Counted from the first letter of the stretch, positions 45,392 through 55,273 are shown. The stretch: 64,000 nucleotides of DNA from Candidatus Limnocylindrales bacterium (GCA_038230295.1 JBBRNM010000003.1:3168-67167), one strand, 5' to 3'. Notes: generated by a model not told the origin, from the letters alone. Translations and numbers: made by a program.

Positions 45392-46422
45392 GTCGCGACC
45401 TCGGCGGGCGCCGCTGGGGCGGGCGGCGCCGGCTCGGTGAGAACCGGCGCGGAGGGAGCCGCGACGTGCGCGGTTCGCGCAGTCCCGGCCCCGACCCTCA
45501 CGGCCACAACATCGGGAAACGCGTCACCGAACATACGGCCGGCAATTGACCGGAAGCGCTCGACGTCGCCCGTCGTGAGCTGGACGTGGGTCGTCGCGGC
45601 TCCGGTCCCGCCGATCCCGCGTGTCTCGCCGGGCGCGAAATCCGCCCTCGCTGGCGAAAAATCCGCCCTCGCTGGCGCGAGGTCCGCCTGGGCCGGCGCT
45701 TCGAGACCGTTGATCGAGAGGAGCTCCGCGAGCGCCGATGCGGTCGCCGAGGCGGAATCGACGATCGCGATCCCCTCGCCCGCGACCGCTGCGATCGCCT
45801 GCCGCAGCAGCGGGTAGTGGGTGCAGCCGAGGAGGAGCGTGTCGATCCGGGCCGACATCGGGAGCGGGAAGACGAAGTCACCGGCGGCATCGCGCGCCCC
45901 GAGGAGCGGCGCAAGCCCCTCTCGGACCGCAGACTCGACCTCGGGTCCCGCGAGCTCGCCCGCCTCGACCATTGGGACGAATGCCGGCGTCGCGTGCTCG
46001 TAGACCTCGACGGCCGGGTTCTCGTCCTTGATCGCGGCGAAGTAGGCATGCGACCGGATCGTGGCGGGCGTCGCGATCACCCCGACGCGTCGATTTCGGG
46101 TCGTGAGGGACGCCGCGACGGCGCCGGGCCGGATCACGCCGAGGATCGGCAGGTCGTAGCGGCGGCGGAGATCGCCGATCGCGACCGCGGTCGAGGTGTT
46201 GCAGGCGACGACCACCGCCTTGACGTCGCGCTCGACGAGGGCGTCGATGGCTTCGATCGAGAAGCGGCGGACCTCGTCGTCGCCGCGGGTCCCGTACGGG
46301 GCGCGGGCATTGTCACCGAGGTAGATCGTCGATTCTTGGGGATTTCGGCGCAGGATCTCGCGCAGGACCGTGAGACCGCCAACGCCGGAATCGAACACAC
46401 CGATGGGACGCGGATCCGACAC
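45388..46422 (-). CDS. murI: Glutamate racemase with a roughly 75-aa C-terminal extension
   Basis: GTG 46422. GVFDSGVGGLTV, VVACNTS and GCTHYPLL are present. The extension contains a 21-nt tandem repeat. Confidence 0.9.
   Translation of the reverse strand: MSDPRPIGVFDSGVGGLTVLREILRRNPQESTIYLGDNARAPYGTRGDDEVRRFSIEAIDALVERDVKAVVVACNTSTAVAIGDLRRRYDLPILGVIRPGAVAASLTTRNRRVGVIATPATIRSHAYFAAIKDENPAVEVYEHATPAFVPMVEAGELAGPEVESAVREGLAPLLGARDAAGDFVFPLPMSARIDTLLLGCTHYPLLRQAIAAVAGEGIAIVDSASATASALAELLSINGLEAPAQADLAPARADFSPARADFAPGETRGIGGTGAATTHVQLTTGDVERFRSIAGRMFGDAFPDVVAVRVGAGTARTAHVAAPSAPVLTEPAPPAPAAPAEVAT
45633..45695. repeat. 21-nt tandem repeat x3 (third copy diverged) inside the murI 3' extension
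   Basis: gcgcgaaatccgccctcgctg / gcgaaaaatccgccctcgctg / gcgcgaggtccgcctgggccg, encoding ...DLAPARADFSPARADFAPGE. Confidence 0.85.
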
Positions 46423-46436
46423 GCCGATGTGCGCTC

Positions 46437-47600
46437 CTACCGGGCAGCCGCGGCCGCGACTCGCCTGCCGGCCTGCGACCCGAGGGCGATGAGGTCCTCG
46501 GCCACCGTGAGCAGGTCGCGGCTGACGCCCGCGCTCGGGTCGACGGTCACGAAGGCCAGGCCCTGGTTGCTTGCCGGCCCGACGACCTGGCCCTCGGAGC
46601 GAAGGCGATGCTCCGGCTCGCGACCGAGCGCCTTGTAGAGATCCGCTGGGTCGATGCCGGCGGTCGCGTCGCTGCGATTCAGGAGATAGTGGACCTTGTC
46701 GGTCGAGTAGCCGATCTTGCGGAACGTGTCGGCCATCGCGGCCACGTTGCGGATCGTCGTGCCGTCGTAGGTCACGATCTCGAGGATCGTGTCCGCCTGG
46801 TCGAGGATCGCGAGCGTGAGCTCGTCGAGGGCGACGCCGGTGTCGACGATCACGAGGTCGTAGAGGCGCCGCAGGAGCGAGAGGGTCTTCTCGAGATCGT
46901 GGGCGAGGACCATCTCGGCCATCTCGACGCGCGGCGGCGCGAGGAGGATGTCGATACCGGACGCGTCCCGCCACAGGACGTCGGTGAGGTCCGACTCGAC
47001 GACCTTGTCCGTTGGCAGGTCGAGCATCGACGGCGCGCTGTCGGGGACCTGCAGGATGGAGCGCACGTCGGCGAACTGGATGCTTCCGTCGACGAGCGCC
47101 GTTCGCACGCCGAGCCCGGACGCCGCGACCGCGAGGTTGAGGGCGATCGTTGTCTTGCCGACCCCGCCCTTCGGCGCGAACACCGCGACGATCCGACTGG
47201 GTCCGCGCTCGGCCGCCGCAACCGCGACCTTGTTGACGCTGATGACCCGGCTGATCAGGTCGTAGCCGTTGAACGGCATCGCCAAAACATCGTGGATCCC
47301 GTTGTCCGGGTCCGGGTCGAGCGGGTGCTGCGGGACCGTCAGGACGATGACCGGGACGGGGACTGCGGCCTCGTGGAGCTGCTTGACCACGGCCATGCCG
47401 CGCAGGCGTCCCTGGAGCAGCCCATCCACCACCACGACGTCCGGCCGCTGCTCGGTGACCTGGCCCATGACCAGCGCGCCATCGGCGATCACATCGATGA
47501 GCTTGACCTGCGTCTGGGCGTTCAGGAGCCCTCGGACGTACTGCGCGACCTGGGGCACGTCCTCGACGAGGAGGAGCCTGACCTGACCGCTCGGTGCCAT
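46437..47600 (-). CDS. Pseudo-receiver domain fused to a ParA/MinD-family ATPase (paralogue of 24278..25456)
   Basis: The REC-like N-domain has E-D, D (VVVDGLL) and T (VLTV), but the conserved Lys is replaced (LAMPF). The P-loop is the canonical deviant Walker A, PKGGVGKTT. Confidence 0.85.
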   Translation of the reverse strand: MAPSGQVRLLLVEDVPQVAQYVRGLLNAQTQVKLIDVIADGALVMGQVTEQRPDVVVVDGLLQGRLRGMAVVKQLHEAAVPVPVIVLTVPQHPLDPDPDNGIHDVLAMPFNGYDLISRVISVNKVAVAAAERGPSRIVAVFAPKGGVGKTTIALNLAVAASGLGVRTALVDGSIQFADVRSILQVPDSAPSMLDLPTDKVVESDLTDVLWRDASGIDILLAPPRVEMAEMVLAHDLEKTLSLLRRLYDLVIVDTGVALDELTLAILDQADTILEIVTYDGTTIRNVAAMADTFRKIGYSTDKVHYLLNRSDATAGIDPADLYKALGREPEHRLRSEGQVVGPASNQGLAFVTVDPSAGVSRDLLTVAEDLIALGSQAGRRVAAAAAR

Positions 47601-47613
47601 CCCCGGAACGGTA

Positions 47614-48414
47614 TCACGAGGGGCTGGGCGGACCCGGTCGACGCAGGATCAGGATCGCCCGGTCGCTGCCCGGGCCATACGGCGACAGGTCGTAGTCGCC
47701 GGCGAGCGATTCGAGCTCGAAGCCGGCCTCCTCGGCGTATTCCACGAGCTCGTCCGGCCCGACCAGCCGGAGGGCGTCCGAGCGGGTCCATCGAATCGGG
47801 GCCAAACCCGGTTCGGCCTCGTCGAAGATCGTGGTCAGGGTCACGAGGCGGCTCCCGGCGTCGTACCAGGCGGCGGCGAGCTTCGTGACCTCGCGGCCGG
47901 TCTCAGCGTCCGTCCGGAGCCACTCGAGCGAGAGGCGACCATCGAAGCGGGTCAGGTCCTCGACGCCGGGCAGCCACGTGTCGACGACGGCGATCCCGCC
48001 GGGTGCGAGCAGCTCGAACATCCGCTTGACCGCCTCGCGCTGCCGGCCACGCTCCGCCAGGAGGAGGATCGAGTTCAGGCCGAGGATCGCGAGCCGGAAC
48101 GTACCTTGGCCGGACACCGCAACGTCCACGAGGTCGCCTTCGACGAGCGACAGGCGCTCGACCGCTCCCGGTCCCGATGCTCGGGCACGCTGGGCGGCGC
48201 GGGCGAGCATCGCGGGATCGAGGTCCACCCCGACGACCTCGTGGCCGGCGACCGCCAGCGGCACCGCGATGCGGCCGGTGCCGGCGGCGAGCTCGACGAT
48301 CGGCCCGTCGACCCGATCGGCCAGGGCGAGATACAGATCGAGGTCGCCCGGATCCTCGGCCAGGTCGAGATCGTACAGGCGGGCCAGGGCGTCGGCACGG
48401 GACTCTGCGGTCAT
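47614..48414 (-). CDS. Class I SAM-dependent methyltransferase
   Basis: Motif I is VELAAGTGRIAVPLA and motif II is VVGVDLD. Confidence 0.8.
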   Translation of the reverse strand: MTAESRADALARLYDLDLAEDPGDLDLYLALADRVDGPIVELAAGTGRIAVPLAVAGHEVVGVDLDPAMLARAAQRARASGPGAVERLSLVEGDLVDVAVSGQGTFRLAILGLNSILLLAERGRQREAVKRMFELLAPGGIAVVDTWLPGVEDLTRFDGRLSLEWLRTDAETGREVTKLAAAWYDAGSRLVTLTTIFDEAEPGLAPIRWTRSDALRLVGPDELVEYAEEAGFELESLAGDYDLSPYGPGSDRAILILRRPGPPSPS

Positions 48415-48421
48415 CGCTCGG

Positions 48422-49528
48422 TCAAGGGGTCCGCCGCTCGGTCAACGCCGGCCGGCCGCTCGGGTCCCAGCGGACCGGGTGGCCATCGCGTCGCTTGACG
48501 GCGAGCGCCGAGATCGCCTCCAGCGCGGCCCGATTCGCGATCATCGCCGTCGATTCGGCCCAGTCGTAGGGCGGCGCGACCTCGACGATGTCCATCGCCG
48601 CGAGATCCACCGCGGCGACGATTCGCCGGATCGCCCGCAGGAGCTCGCGGGTCAGCAGGCCGCCCGGCTCGGGCGTGCCGGTGCCCGGCGCGAGGCCCGG
48701 ATCCACGACGTCGATATCGACGGAGAGATAGACGGCATCCGGGCCGTCAAGCGCTTCGGCGATTGCGTCGTCGACGACCGCGTCCGCGCCGCGCTCCTCG
48801 ATCTCGGTCATGAAGTGGGTTCGCAGGCCGTGCTCGCGCATCCACTCGAGAACCGACGGTGGCGGCCAATAGCCCCGCAGCCCGACTTGCACGAAGTTCT
48901 TGCCCAGCACCGCGCCCGACTCGATCAGGCGCCGCATCGGCGAGCCGTGTCCGCCGAGCTGGCCCCAGGAATCGGGCGCCGTGTCCGCATGGGCGTCGAA
49001 ATGGACGATCCCGATGCTGCCCGGCCGCCGGACCGAGGCAACCGCGCTCGCGCTCGGCCAGCTGATCGAGTGATCGCCACCGAGGACGATTGGGATCGTC
49101 CCAGTCGCCGCCACCTCGCGAACCTTGCGATAGATCATCGCGTGCCCCCGCTCCCACAGGGCCGGCACGATGTTGGCGTCGCCCGCGTCGACCGCGACGA
49201 GCTCCTCGAACGGCTCCACGCCCAGCTGGAGCGAGTTCAGCGAGCCGGAGGTGTACTGGGCCTCGCGGATCGCACGTGGGCCGAATCGGGCCCCGGGCCG
49301 GTGGGTGACCATGTCGTCGAAGGGGGCGCCGACGATCGCGACATCGACCTGCCGCTCCCGGAGCTCAGCGGGATCCGTGACCCACGGCAGTCGCGAGAAC
49401 GTCTGGAGGCCGACATACGTCGGCAGCTCGAAATCCGGGAAGACCTCGAATGGCGCGTCCCAGCCGTTGCGGACGGCAAGATCATCTGGAGTGGGACGGC
49501 TCTCGCCGTCGGTCGGGCGCTCGCTCAC
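48422..49528 (-). CDS. speB: Agmatinase/ureohydrolase family protein
   Basis: Arginase-fold Mn sites are present (GGDHSI, HFDAHADT, SVDIDVVDP). Substrate specificity (agmatine versus another guanidino compound) cannot be determined by eye. Confidence 0.8.
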   Translation of the reverse strand: MSERPTDGESRPTPDDLAVRNGWDAPFEVFPDFELPTYVGLQTFSRLPWVTDPAELRERQVDVAIVGAPFDDMVTHRPGARFGPRAIREAQYTSGSLNSLQLGVEPFEELVAVDAGDANIVPALWERGHAMIYRKVREVAATGTIPIVLGGDHSISWPSASAVASVRRPGSIGIVHFDAHADTAPDSWGQLGGHGSPMRRLIESGAVLGKNFVQVGLRGYWPPPSVLEWMREHGLRTHFMTEIEERGADAVVDDAIAEALDGPDAVYLSVDIDVVDPGLAPGTGTPEPGGLLTRELLRAIRRIVAAVDLAAMDIVEVAPPYDWAESTAMIANRAALEAISALAVKRRDGHPVRWDPSGRPALTERRTP

Positions 49529-49660
49529 GCAGATCCTCCGGGTCGGGCCCGCGACAGCAATGCGGGACGACCGGTCGCGCTCGACGCCGCCGGTTCGGAT
49601 CCGCCGTCCAGCGGGGCGCCAAGCGGCATCGTAGCACCGGGACCCTGAGCGGCGGCCCCT

Positions 49661-50035
49661 TCAGCGCTGCGCGGAGATCGTCATCTCGGCGACGAGGACC
49701 ATCGCGGCCAGGAAGAGCCCGATTGGCGGCTGGAAGATGCCCTGGACCCGCATCACGATGAAGAGCGCGACGAGGATTGCAATCCAGCCACCTCGCCGGA
49801 GCGCCCGCGCCCAGTCGCCGCGATAGGCGATCCGGCGGTGGCGGCTGAACGCGGCCAGCCAGAAGAGTGGTGCGGTCGTCAGGCCGACCGCGATTCCCAT
49901 CGCGACCCCGCCGATGAACCCCGCGCTCGGATCGGTTCGGGGGTCGAGATTCAGGACGACCCAGCCCACGACAAGCCAGGCGAGGAACGCGACGCCGAAG
50001 ATGGCGAGATTCGCCCGCCGGTCGCGCGTCTCCAT
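49661..50035 (-). CDS. Hypothetical small membrane protein (4 predicted TM segments)
   Basis: 124 aa with hydrophobic segments separated by Arg-rich loops. No family was recognised. Confidence 0.55.
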   Translation of the reverse strand: METRDRRANLAIFGVAFLAWLVVGWVVLNLDPRTDPSAGFIGGVAMGIAVGLTTAPLFWLAAFSRHRRIAYRGDWARALRRGGWIAILVALFIVMRVQGIFQPPIGLFLAAMVLVAEMTISAQR

Positions 50036-50056
50036 CGCGCGGAAGTCTAGGGCGTC

Positions 50057-50860
50057 CTAGGGCGTCCATCGGTCGATCCGCGGCCCGATCTCGGCGAGCT
50101 CATCGATCTCGAGGTCCGGGACGACCTTCCCATCCGGATCGGAGGTCGGCAGTGGCGTGTCGGCCTGCCGGTTCCGGACGTACGCCACCTTCCAGCCGGC
50201 GCGGGTGGCCCCCACGACGTCCGCGGCCCAGTCGTCGCCGACATGCAGGATCCGTTCGGGCGGTGCCTCGAGGGCCGCCGCGGCCTGGCGAAAGATCTCG
50301 GGATGGGGCTTGATGGTCCCGACCCGCTGGGACACGATCACCGCCTCGAGATGGGGCATCCAGCCCTGGGCCTCGGCGAACCGATCGATCGTGGCGGCAT
50401 ACGGCCAGTTCGACAGGATGATGAGCCGGAATCCGCGGGCCGCCAGGTTCCCGATGACCTTGCCCGCGTCGGGCATCGGCACCATCGTCGCCACGAACGC
50501 CGCGCTGTACGTCTCGATCGTGAAGGCGACCTCGGGCGGATCGATGAACCGCGCGGCCTCGAGATCGTCCCACGGGTCGTCGAGCGGGGGTGGTCCAAAG
50601 CCCCGCAGCCGCGCCAGGACCCGCACGACCCGCTGGCTCATGTTGACCTCGCGGAGCTTCGGAACCTCGTCCCGGAATTGGCGGTCACGCTCCTCCGACC
50701 AGGCGGCAAGGAATGTCGGCACATCGGCGATCGTGGCGCGCGCAAGGAGCGCGTCGGCGGTCTGCTCGATCACCGCCCGGAGGTCGGCGCGATCGACCCG
50801 GACGAGGGTGTTGCCGAAGTCGAAGGACACCGCCTCGACTGCCAGCCGTGACGTCGTCAC
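50057..50860 (-). CDS. HAD-superfamily hydrolase (subfamily IA-like)
   Basis: Motif I is VSFDFGNTL, motif II is ILSN, and motifs III/IV are K...HVGDDWAADV. Confidence 0.8.
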   Translation of the reverse strand: MTTSRLAVEAVSFDFGNTLVRVDRADLRAVIEQTADALLARATIADVPTFLAAWSEERDRQFRDEVPKLREVNMSQRVVRVLARLRGFGPPPLDDPWDDLEAARFIDPPEVAFTIETYSAAFVATMVPMPDAGKVIGNLAARGFRLIILSNWPYAATIDRFAEAQGWMPHLEAVIVSQRVGTIKPHPEIFRQAAAALEAPPERILHVGDDWAADVVGATRAGWKVAYVRNRQADTPLPTSDPDGKVVPDLEIDELAEIGPRIDRWTP

Positions 50861-50893
50861 GCTAGCCGCGGGGCTTTCACGCCCGCTGGGCCC

Positions 50894-53800
50894 TCACCTG
50901 GCAACGCTCGACGGGCAGATGTCCCGGAACGGGCAGTACGTGCACGCCATCGTCGACGGCTTCGAGGTGTAGTCGCGAGCCCGGATCCCGGCCGCCGCTC
51001 CGGTGATCTTCTCGCGCGCCTTGTCCAGCCGCTTCGGGTCGACCTCGGCCCGGCCGACGAGCCCCGAATCGAGGAAGTGGAGCTGCACGGCGTCCGGCAG
51101 GCGCCCCGTCATCGCCTCGTAGGCCATCGCGTAAATCTGGAGCTGCAGGGATTCGCGGGCGCGCTGGCGGGCCTTGACCGGGTCCCGCACGTCACTCGAC
51201 TTGTAGTCCGTGATCGTGACCCGCTCTCGCCCCATGAGCTCCAGCATCGGCTCCACGACGTCGGCCCGCGCCATCGCGGCGATCGCGAGGTCCGCCGCCG
51301 CCTCGGCGTCCCCCTCGGTCCCATCGTCGGGCACGATGTCCACCTTGTCGAACCGGCCCCGGATCCGGTCGCCGCCCATCGCGAACGAGAACTCGCGCTC
51401 TACCCACGCCGGGATCACCGCGCCCGGCTCGAGCTGGGCGAGGCGGAAACGCCGCAGGGCGTCCCGGCCGGCCTCCAGGCGGGCCGTTTCGTGCTCGCGG
51501 GAGACGAAGCCCTCGTTCGACCAGGCCGCGTCGAAGACCGCGAAGAGTTCGCTCTCCGACAGCACCTTGCCGCCGGCGTGGGCCCGATGGAACTCCTGGA
51601 CCGCCTTATGCAAGGCCGAGCCGTAGATCAGGGCGTGATGAGGCGGCGTGGGGACGCGCAGGACCTGGCTGTACTTGTACTTGAGCGGACACGTGAGGTA
51701 ATCGTCGATCGAGGAGTGGCTGAGGAGGAGCGGGCCCTCGATTGGCACCCGGACGGGCTCGGGAGCCTCACCCGGCGGCTCTATGGCCGCGATCCTTGCC
51801 AGGGCGCCGGCGGAAATCGCGCCGCTGCCGGCCGGCGAGGCGGTCGGGAAATCCAGCGCCTCGACGACGAACGGCGAGATGCGTCGGGCTCGCCCGCTCG
51901 CGGATTCGGCGGCGTGGCTCAGGATCAGCTCGTCCCGGGCCCGGGTCATCGCGACGTAGAAGAGACGCCGCTCCTCCTGCAGCTGGTCATCCCCCTCGGG
52001 CAGGACTTCGTCCACGAGCTCGACTGGCAGGGCCAGCGCCTCGCGACGACCGCGGGCCGGGAATCGATCCGCCACGAGGCCGGGGAGGAACACGACGGAA
52101 AACTCAAGACCCTTCGCCTTGTGGACCGTCATCACAGCGACGGCATCGACGTCGGGATCCGGGTCCGCCGTTGCCGGATCGTCTCCGGCCTCGATCAGGG
52201 TCGCGAGGTGTCGGGCCAGGAAGATGGCCCGGTCGTCGGCAAGCAGCGCGGACTGGTTCCGGACGATGTCGAAGAAGCGGGCGATGTTCGCGAGGGCCTC
52301 CTCCGCGGCGACGCTCGTGGCGCGTGCCAGGGCGGTGAGCCACCCAGTATCGCGAAGGAAGGCATAGAGGACCTCGCCGGCAGGGCGCCGGTGGGCGAGA
52401 TCGCGGTAGCGCCGGATGTCGCTCGTCAACTGCGCCAGCGCCGCCCGGCCCGCATCCGACACCCGCAGGACGCCAGGCTGCGCCTCGAGCTCGTCGAGAA
52501 TCTCGAACGCAGTGCGATGGCGTCGGCGCGCGGCTGACATGACGAGACTGAGGTCCTCGCCGGGCACGTCGTACTGCTCGGAGGCCGCGAGAGCGTAGAC
52601 GTCCACGCTCGAGCCCGGATCGGCCACCGTCCGCAGCAGGGCGAGCAGCAGCCGAACCTCGGGCCGGGCGTACAGGCCGGAGGTCCCCGAGAACCGCCAC
52701 GCGACCCCGGCCGAATTGAAGGCGCGGAGGATCGGTTCGGCATCGGCATTCGCCCGAACCAGGACCGCGTGGTCCCTGGGCGCCGCACCGGCGGCCAAGC
52801 GCCGCCGAATCTCGTCGGCAATCCAGTCGGCCTCCTCCGCGCCAGTCGCAAAGGCGAGATGTCGCACCGGTGGCGCATCCGGGCGCGACCGCTCGGCAAC
52901 GAGCCGCTTCGAGATCCCGACACGGACCTCGAGGCGATCTGGATCGTTGAATCGGATCAGCCGGTGGGCCCGGTCGAGGATGGGCGCGAGGGAGCGGTAG
53001 TTCCGTCGAAGGACGACCGTGCGCGCGCCCTGATAGCGCTCCCTGAACTCGAGGATGTTGCTGATCGCGGCACCGCGGAAGCGGTAGATCGACTGGTCAT
53101 CGTCGCCGACGACGGTCACGTTCCGATGCCGCTCGGCGAGGATCGCGACGAGCTCCGACTGGGCCCGGTTCGTGTCCTGGAACTCGTCGACGAGGATGTA
53201 GCGGTAACGGGCCTGGATGGCAGCACGGGCCGCGGGCGACTCGCGCAGGAGCCGCAGGGCCATCGACACCTGGTCACCAAAGTCAATTGCGCCGTGTGCG
53301 CTCATCAGCTCCGTGTAGCGGGCATAGGCATTCGCCAGCTCGCGCTGCCGTCGCGCCTCCTCGGCAAGGGCCATCGCGGCCTCGCGGTCCGCTTCCCCGG
53401 CATCTGGCCCCGAGATCGCCGTTGCAGCCTTTGCAGCCTGGACCTCGAGTCGATCCGCATGCTCGAGGTATCGAGCCGGCGAGACGTCCTCGTCGCGACA
53501 GCGGGCAAACAGGGCGGCGAGCGCCCCGAGAAAGCGGCCGGGGTCGCCCAACGGTCGGTATTCGGCCAGATCGAGCTCGAACAGTCGCTCCTTGAGAAAG
53601 ACGACGACCTCGGGCCGCGACAGGACGCGCACGTCGGGCGCCAGGCCGAGGTCGAACGCGTGCTCGCGGATCAGCCGGTCCCCGAATGCATGGAACGTCG
53701 AGATCGCCGTGTCCGTGTAGCCGTACGGCACAAGCTGGTCGACCCGGAGCTGCATCTCCTCCGCGGCCTTGTCCGTGAACGTGAGGCCCAGGATCTCGGA

Positions 53801-54079
53801 AGGCTTTGCCCGCCGGGTGGCGATCAGCCAGGCGATCCGGCGCGTGATGACCTGCGTCTTGCCCGTCCCGGCGCCGGCCACGACGAGCAGCGGGCCCTCG
53901 CCATGGGTCACCGCCCGTCGCTGATCCACGTTCAGCCCTCGCATGAGATCCGCGAGGCCTTCGTTCTCAGAGGCCGCCTCGGGGTCGACGGGCGTCATGC
54001 CATCGAAGCCGTGCCAGACCGGCATCTGCTCGAGGGGCCGGGGTCGACGGCGAAGCGGGGTGCGGCTCACTGGGGGCAT
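50894..54079 (-). CDS. UvrD/PcrA-type SF1 helicase fused to a C-terminal RecB/Cas4-like PD-(D/E)XK nuclease with a 4-Cys cluster
   Basis: The helicase motifs are VVAGAGTGKT and DEFQDTN. The nuclease motif is VTITDYKSS. The cysteines are C (DDYLTCPLKY) and CTYCPFRDIC. Confidence 0.9.
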   Translation of the reverse strand: MPPVSRTPLRRRPRPLEQMPVWHGFDGMTPVDPEAASENEGLADLMRGLNVDQRRAVTHGEGPLLVVAGAGTGKTQVITRRIAWLIATRRAKPSEILGLTFTDKAAEEMQLRVDQLVPYGYTDTAISTFHAFGDRLIREHAFDLGLAPDVRVLSRPEVVVFLKERLFELDLAEYRPLGDPGRFLGALAALFARCRDEDVSPARYLEHADRLEVQAAKAATAISGPDAGEADREAAMALAEEARRQRELANAYARYTELMSAHGAIDFGDQVSMALRLLRESPAARAAIQARYRYILVDEFQDTNRAQSELVAILAERHRNVTVVGDDDQSIYRFRGAAISNILEFRERYQGARTVVLRRNYRSLAPILDRAHRLIRFNDPDRLEVRVGISKRLVAERSRPDAPPVRHLAFATGAEEADWIADEIRRRLAAGAAPRDHAVLVRANADAEPILRAFNSAGVAWRFSGTSGLYARPEVRLLLALLRTVADPGSSVDVYALAASEQYDVPGEDLSLVMSAARRRHRTAFEILDELEAQPGVLRVSDAGRAALAQLTSDIRRYRDLAHRRPAGEVLYAFLRDTGWLTALARATSVAAEEALANIARFFDIVRNQSALLADDRAIFLARHLATLIEAGDDPATADPDPDVDAVAVMTVHKAKGLEFSVVFLPGLVADRFPARGRREALALPVELVDEVLPEGDDQLQEERRLFYVAMTRARDELILSHAAESASGRARRISPFVVEALDFPTASPAGSGAISAGALARIAAIEPPGEAPEPVRVPIEGPLLLSHSSIDDYLTCPLKYKYSQVLRVPTPPHHALIYGSALHKAVQEFHRAHAGGKVLSESELFAVFDAAWSNEGFVSREHETARLEAGRDALRRFRLAQLEPGAVIPAWVEREFSFAMGGDRIRGRFDKVDIVPDDGTEGDAEAAADLAIAAMARADVVEPMLELMGRERVTITDYKSSDVRDPVKARQRARESLQLQIYAMAYEAMTGRLPDAVQLHFLDSGLVGRAEVDPKRLDKAREKITGAAAGIRARDYTSKPSTMACTYCPFRDICPSSVAR

Positions 54080-54157
54080 GGCCGAACGATGGCAGCGAGT
54101 CGTGACAGCTCTCCTGTCAGGGGCATCGCGGTCGCCGACCGGACCACGGGAATCGTG

Positions 54158-54667
54158 TCAGCGCGCCGCCGAGGGCGCCGGTCGCGCGAGCGCCTCGCGG
54201 AGGGCCGCGGTCTCCTCATCCGACAGCGCGGATTCGGCCGTCCCGGCCTTCACGGCCTTGGCATAGACGCGCGTTCCGGCGCGAGCGTGGAGGCTGCTCA
54301 CGACGAATCCGTTGCCGTTGCCGTCGAGGACCGCCAACGCGAAGCTCTGGTTGCCACCGGTCTCCTCGAAGGGGTTGTAGCGAACGATCCCGACCCGCCC
54401 GAGGGACTGGCGCAGATCGGTCTCGAGGGTTGTCGTTCGGGCGCTGAGGCGCTCGACATCGCCCACCACGGTGCGAACGCGCTCCAGGTGCGAGCCGAGG
54501 ACCGATTCGAGGCTCTGGGCGTCGCTCCCCTGGGTGATCGCCTCGAGTCGTCGGGACAACCGACCGATGCGGCGAGTGAGGGCGACCGAGACCACGATGA
54601 GGATCGCGAGGATGACGACGATACCGGCAACGAGGGCGTCGAGATTGGCGCTGACGAAGGCGTGCAC
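54158..54667 (-). CDS. DUF4446 family protein
   Basis: An N-terminal TM segment is followed by GIVRYNPFEETGGNQSFALAVLDGNGNGFVVSSLHARAGTRVYAKAV, the DUF4446 signature as I recall it. Confidence 0.75.
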   Translation of the reverse strand: MHAFVSANLDALVAGIVVILAILIVVSVALTRRIGRLSRRLEAITQGSDAQSLESVLGSHLERVRTVVGDVERLSARTTTLETDLRQSLGRVGIVRYNPFEETGGNQSFALAVLDGNGNGFVVSSLHARAGTRVYAKAVKAGTAESALSDEETAALREALARPAPSAAR

Positions 54668-54794
54668 GTCGATCGGAAGGGTCCTCGGTGCGGTCGATCG
54701 AGTCTAGCGTCCGCTGATCGGGTGGTATCCTCCCGGCCGACGGCGCGTGGCACGATCCCGCCCGCTTCGACCTTCCGGAGGATTCCCTCGGCTC

Positions 54795-55256
54795 ATGGCC
54801 AAACGAACACGCTACCCCGGTCGCCCGTCAGGTCGCCGGCCGGGCACCAATCGGCCCCTGAAGGCGCCGCAGACGCGAACGCCGCTCGCGCCCGTTACCG
54901 ATCCCGGAGTCGATCTCGCCCCGGAGGTCGAGCTGCCGACGGGCGCAGCCGCGGTGGCGCGAACCGCGGGCCTCACCGACGTCGAGATGGAGAGGGCGGC
55001 CGAGCTCGAGGCCGAGGTCACGGCCCGCGAGCGCGCCGCGATCGCCGAGTCGATCCGACGACGGGCCCGCGCACGTTCGCCCGAGGCAAATGTCCTGGCC
55101 GGCGACGTCAACGCTCCCCTGTCGGTCCGGGCGGCCCACGAGTACGCGTACGTCGCCCGCGATGTGCGCCGGATCCTGCTCACGGGCGGCCTCATGGTCG
55201 TGATCCTCGCCGTCCTCGCGATCCTCATCAACGTGATGGGAGTCATCACGCTCTAG
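54795..55256 (+). CDS. Hypothetical tail-anchored membrane protein
   Basis: ATG 54795 (MAKRTRYPGRP...). It has a basic N-terminus, a helical middle and a C-terminal TM segment (LLTGGLMVVILAVLAILINV). Confidence 0.5.
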   Translation: MAKRTRYPGRPSGRRPGTNRPLKAPQTRTPLAPVTDPGVDLAPEVELPTGAAAVARTAGLTDVEMERAAELEAEVTARERAAIAESIRRRARARSPEANVLAGDVNAPLSVRAAHEYAYVARDVRRILLTGGLMVVILAVLAILINVMGVITL

Positions 55257-55261
55257 GCCCG

Positions 55262-55267
55262 TAGACT
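55262..55267 (+). promoter_or_regulatory. Candidate -10 element for a leaderless rarA transcript
   Basis: TAGACT-N6-ATG(55274). Confidence 0.4.
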
Positions 55268-55273
55268 GGCGAC

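Noticed and set aside
52769-55264. 831-aa plus-strand ORF
   Set aside because: It is antisense to the UvrD-nuclease and DUF4446 genes. The only part kept is the short separate frame 54795..55256, which has a credible TM tail.
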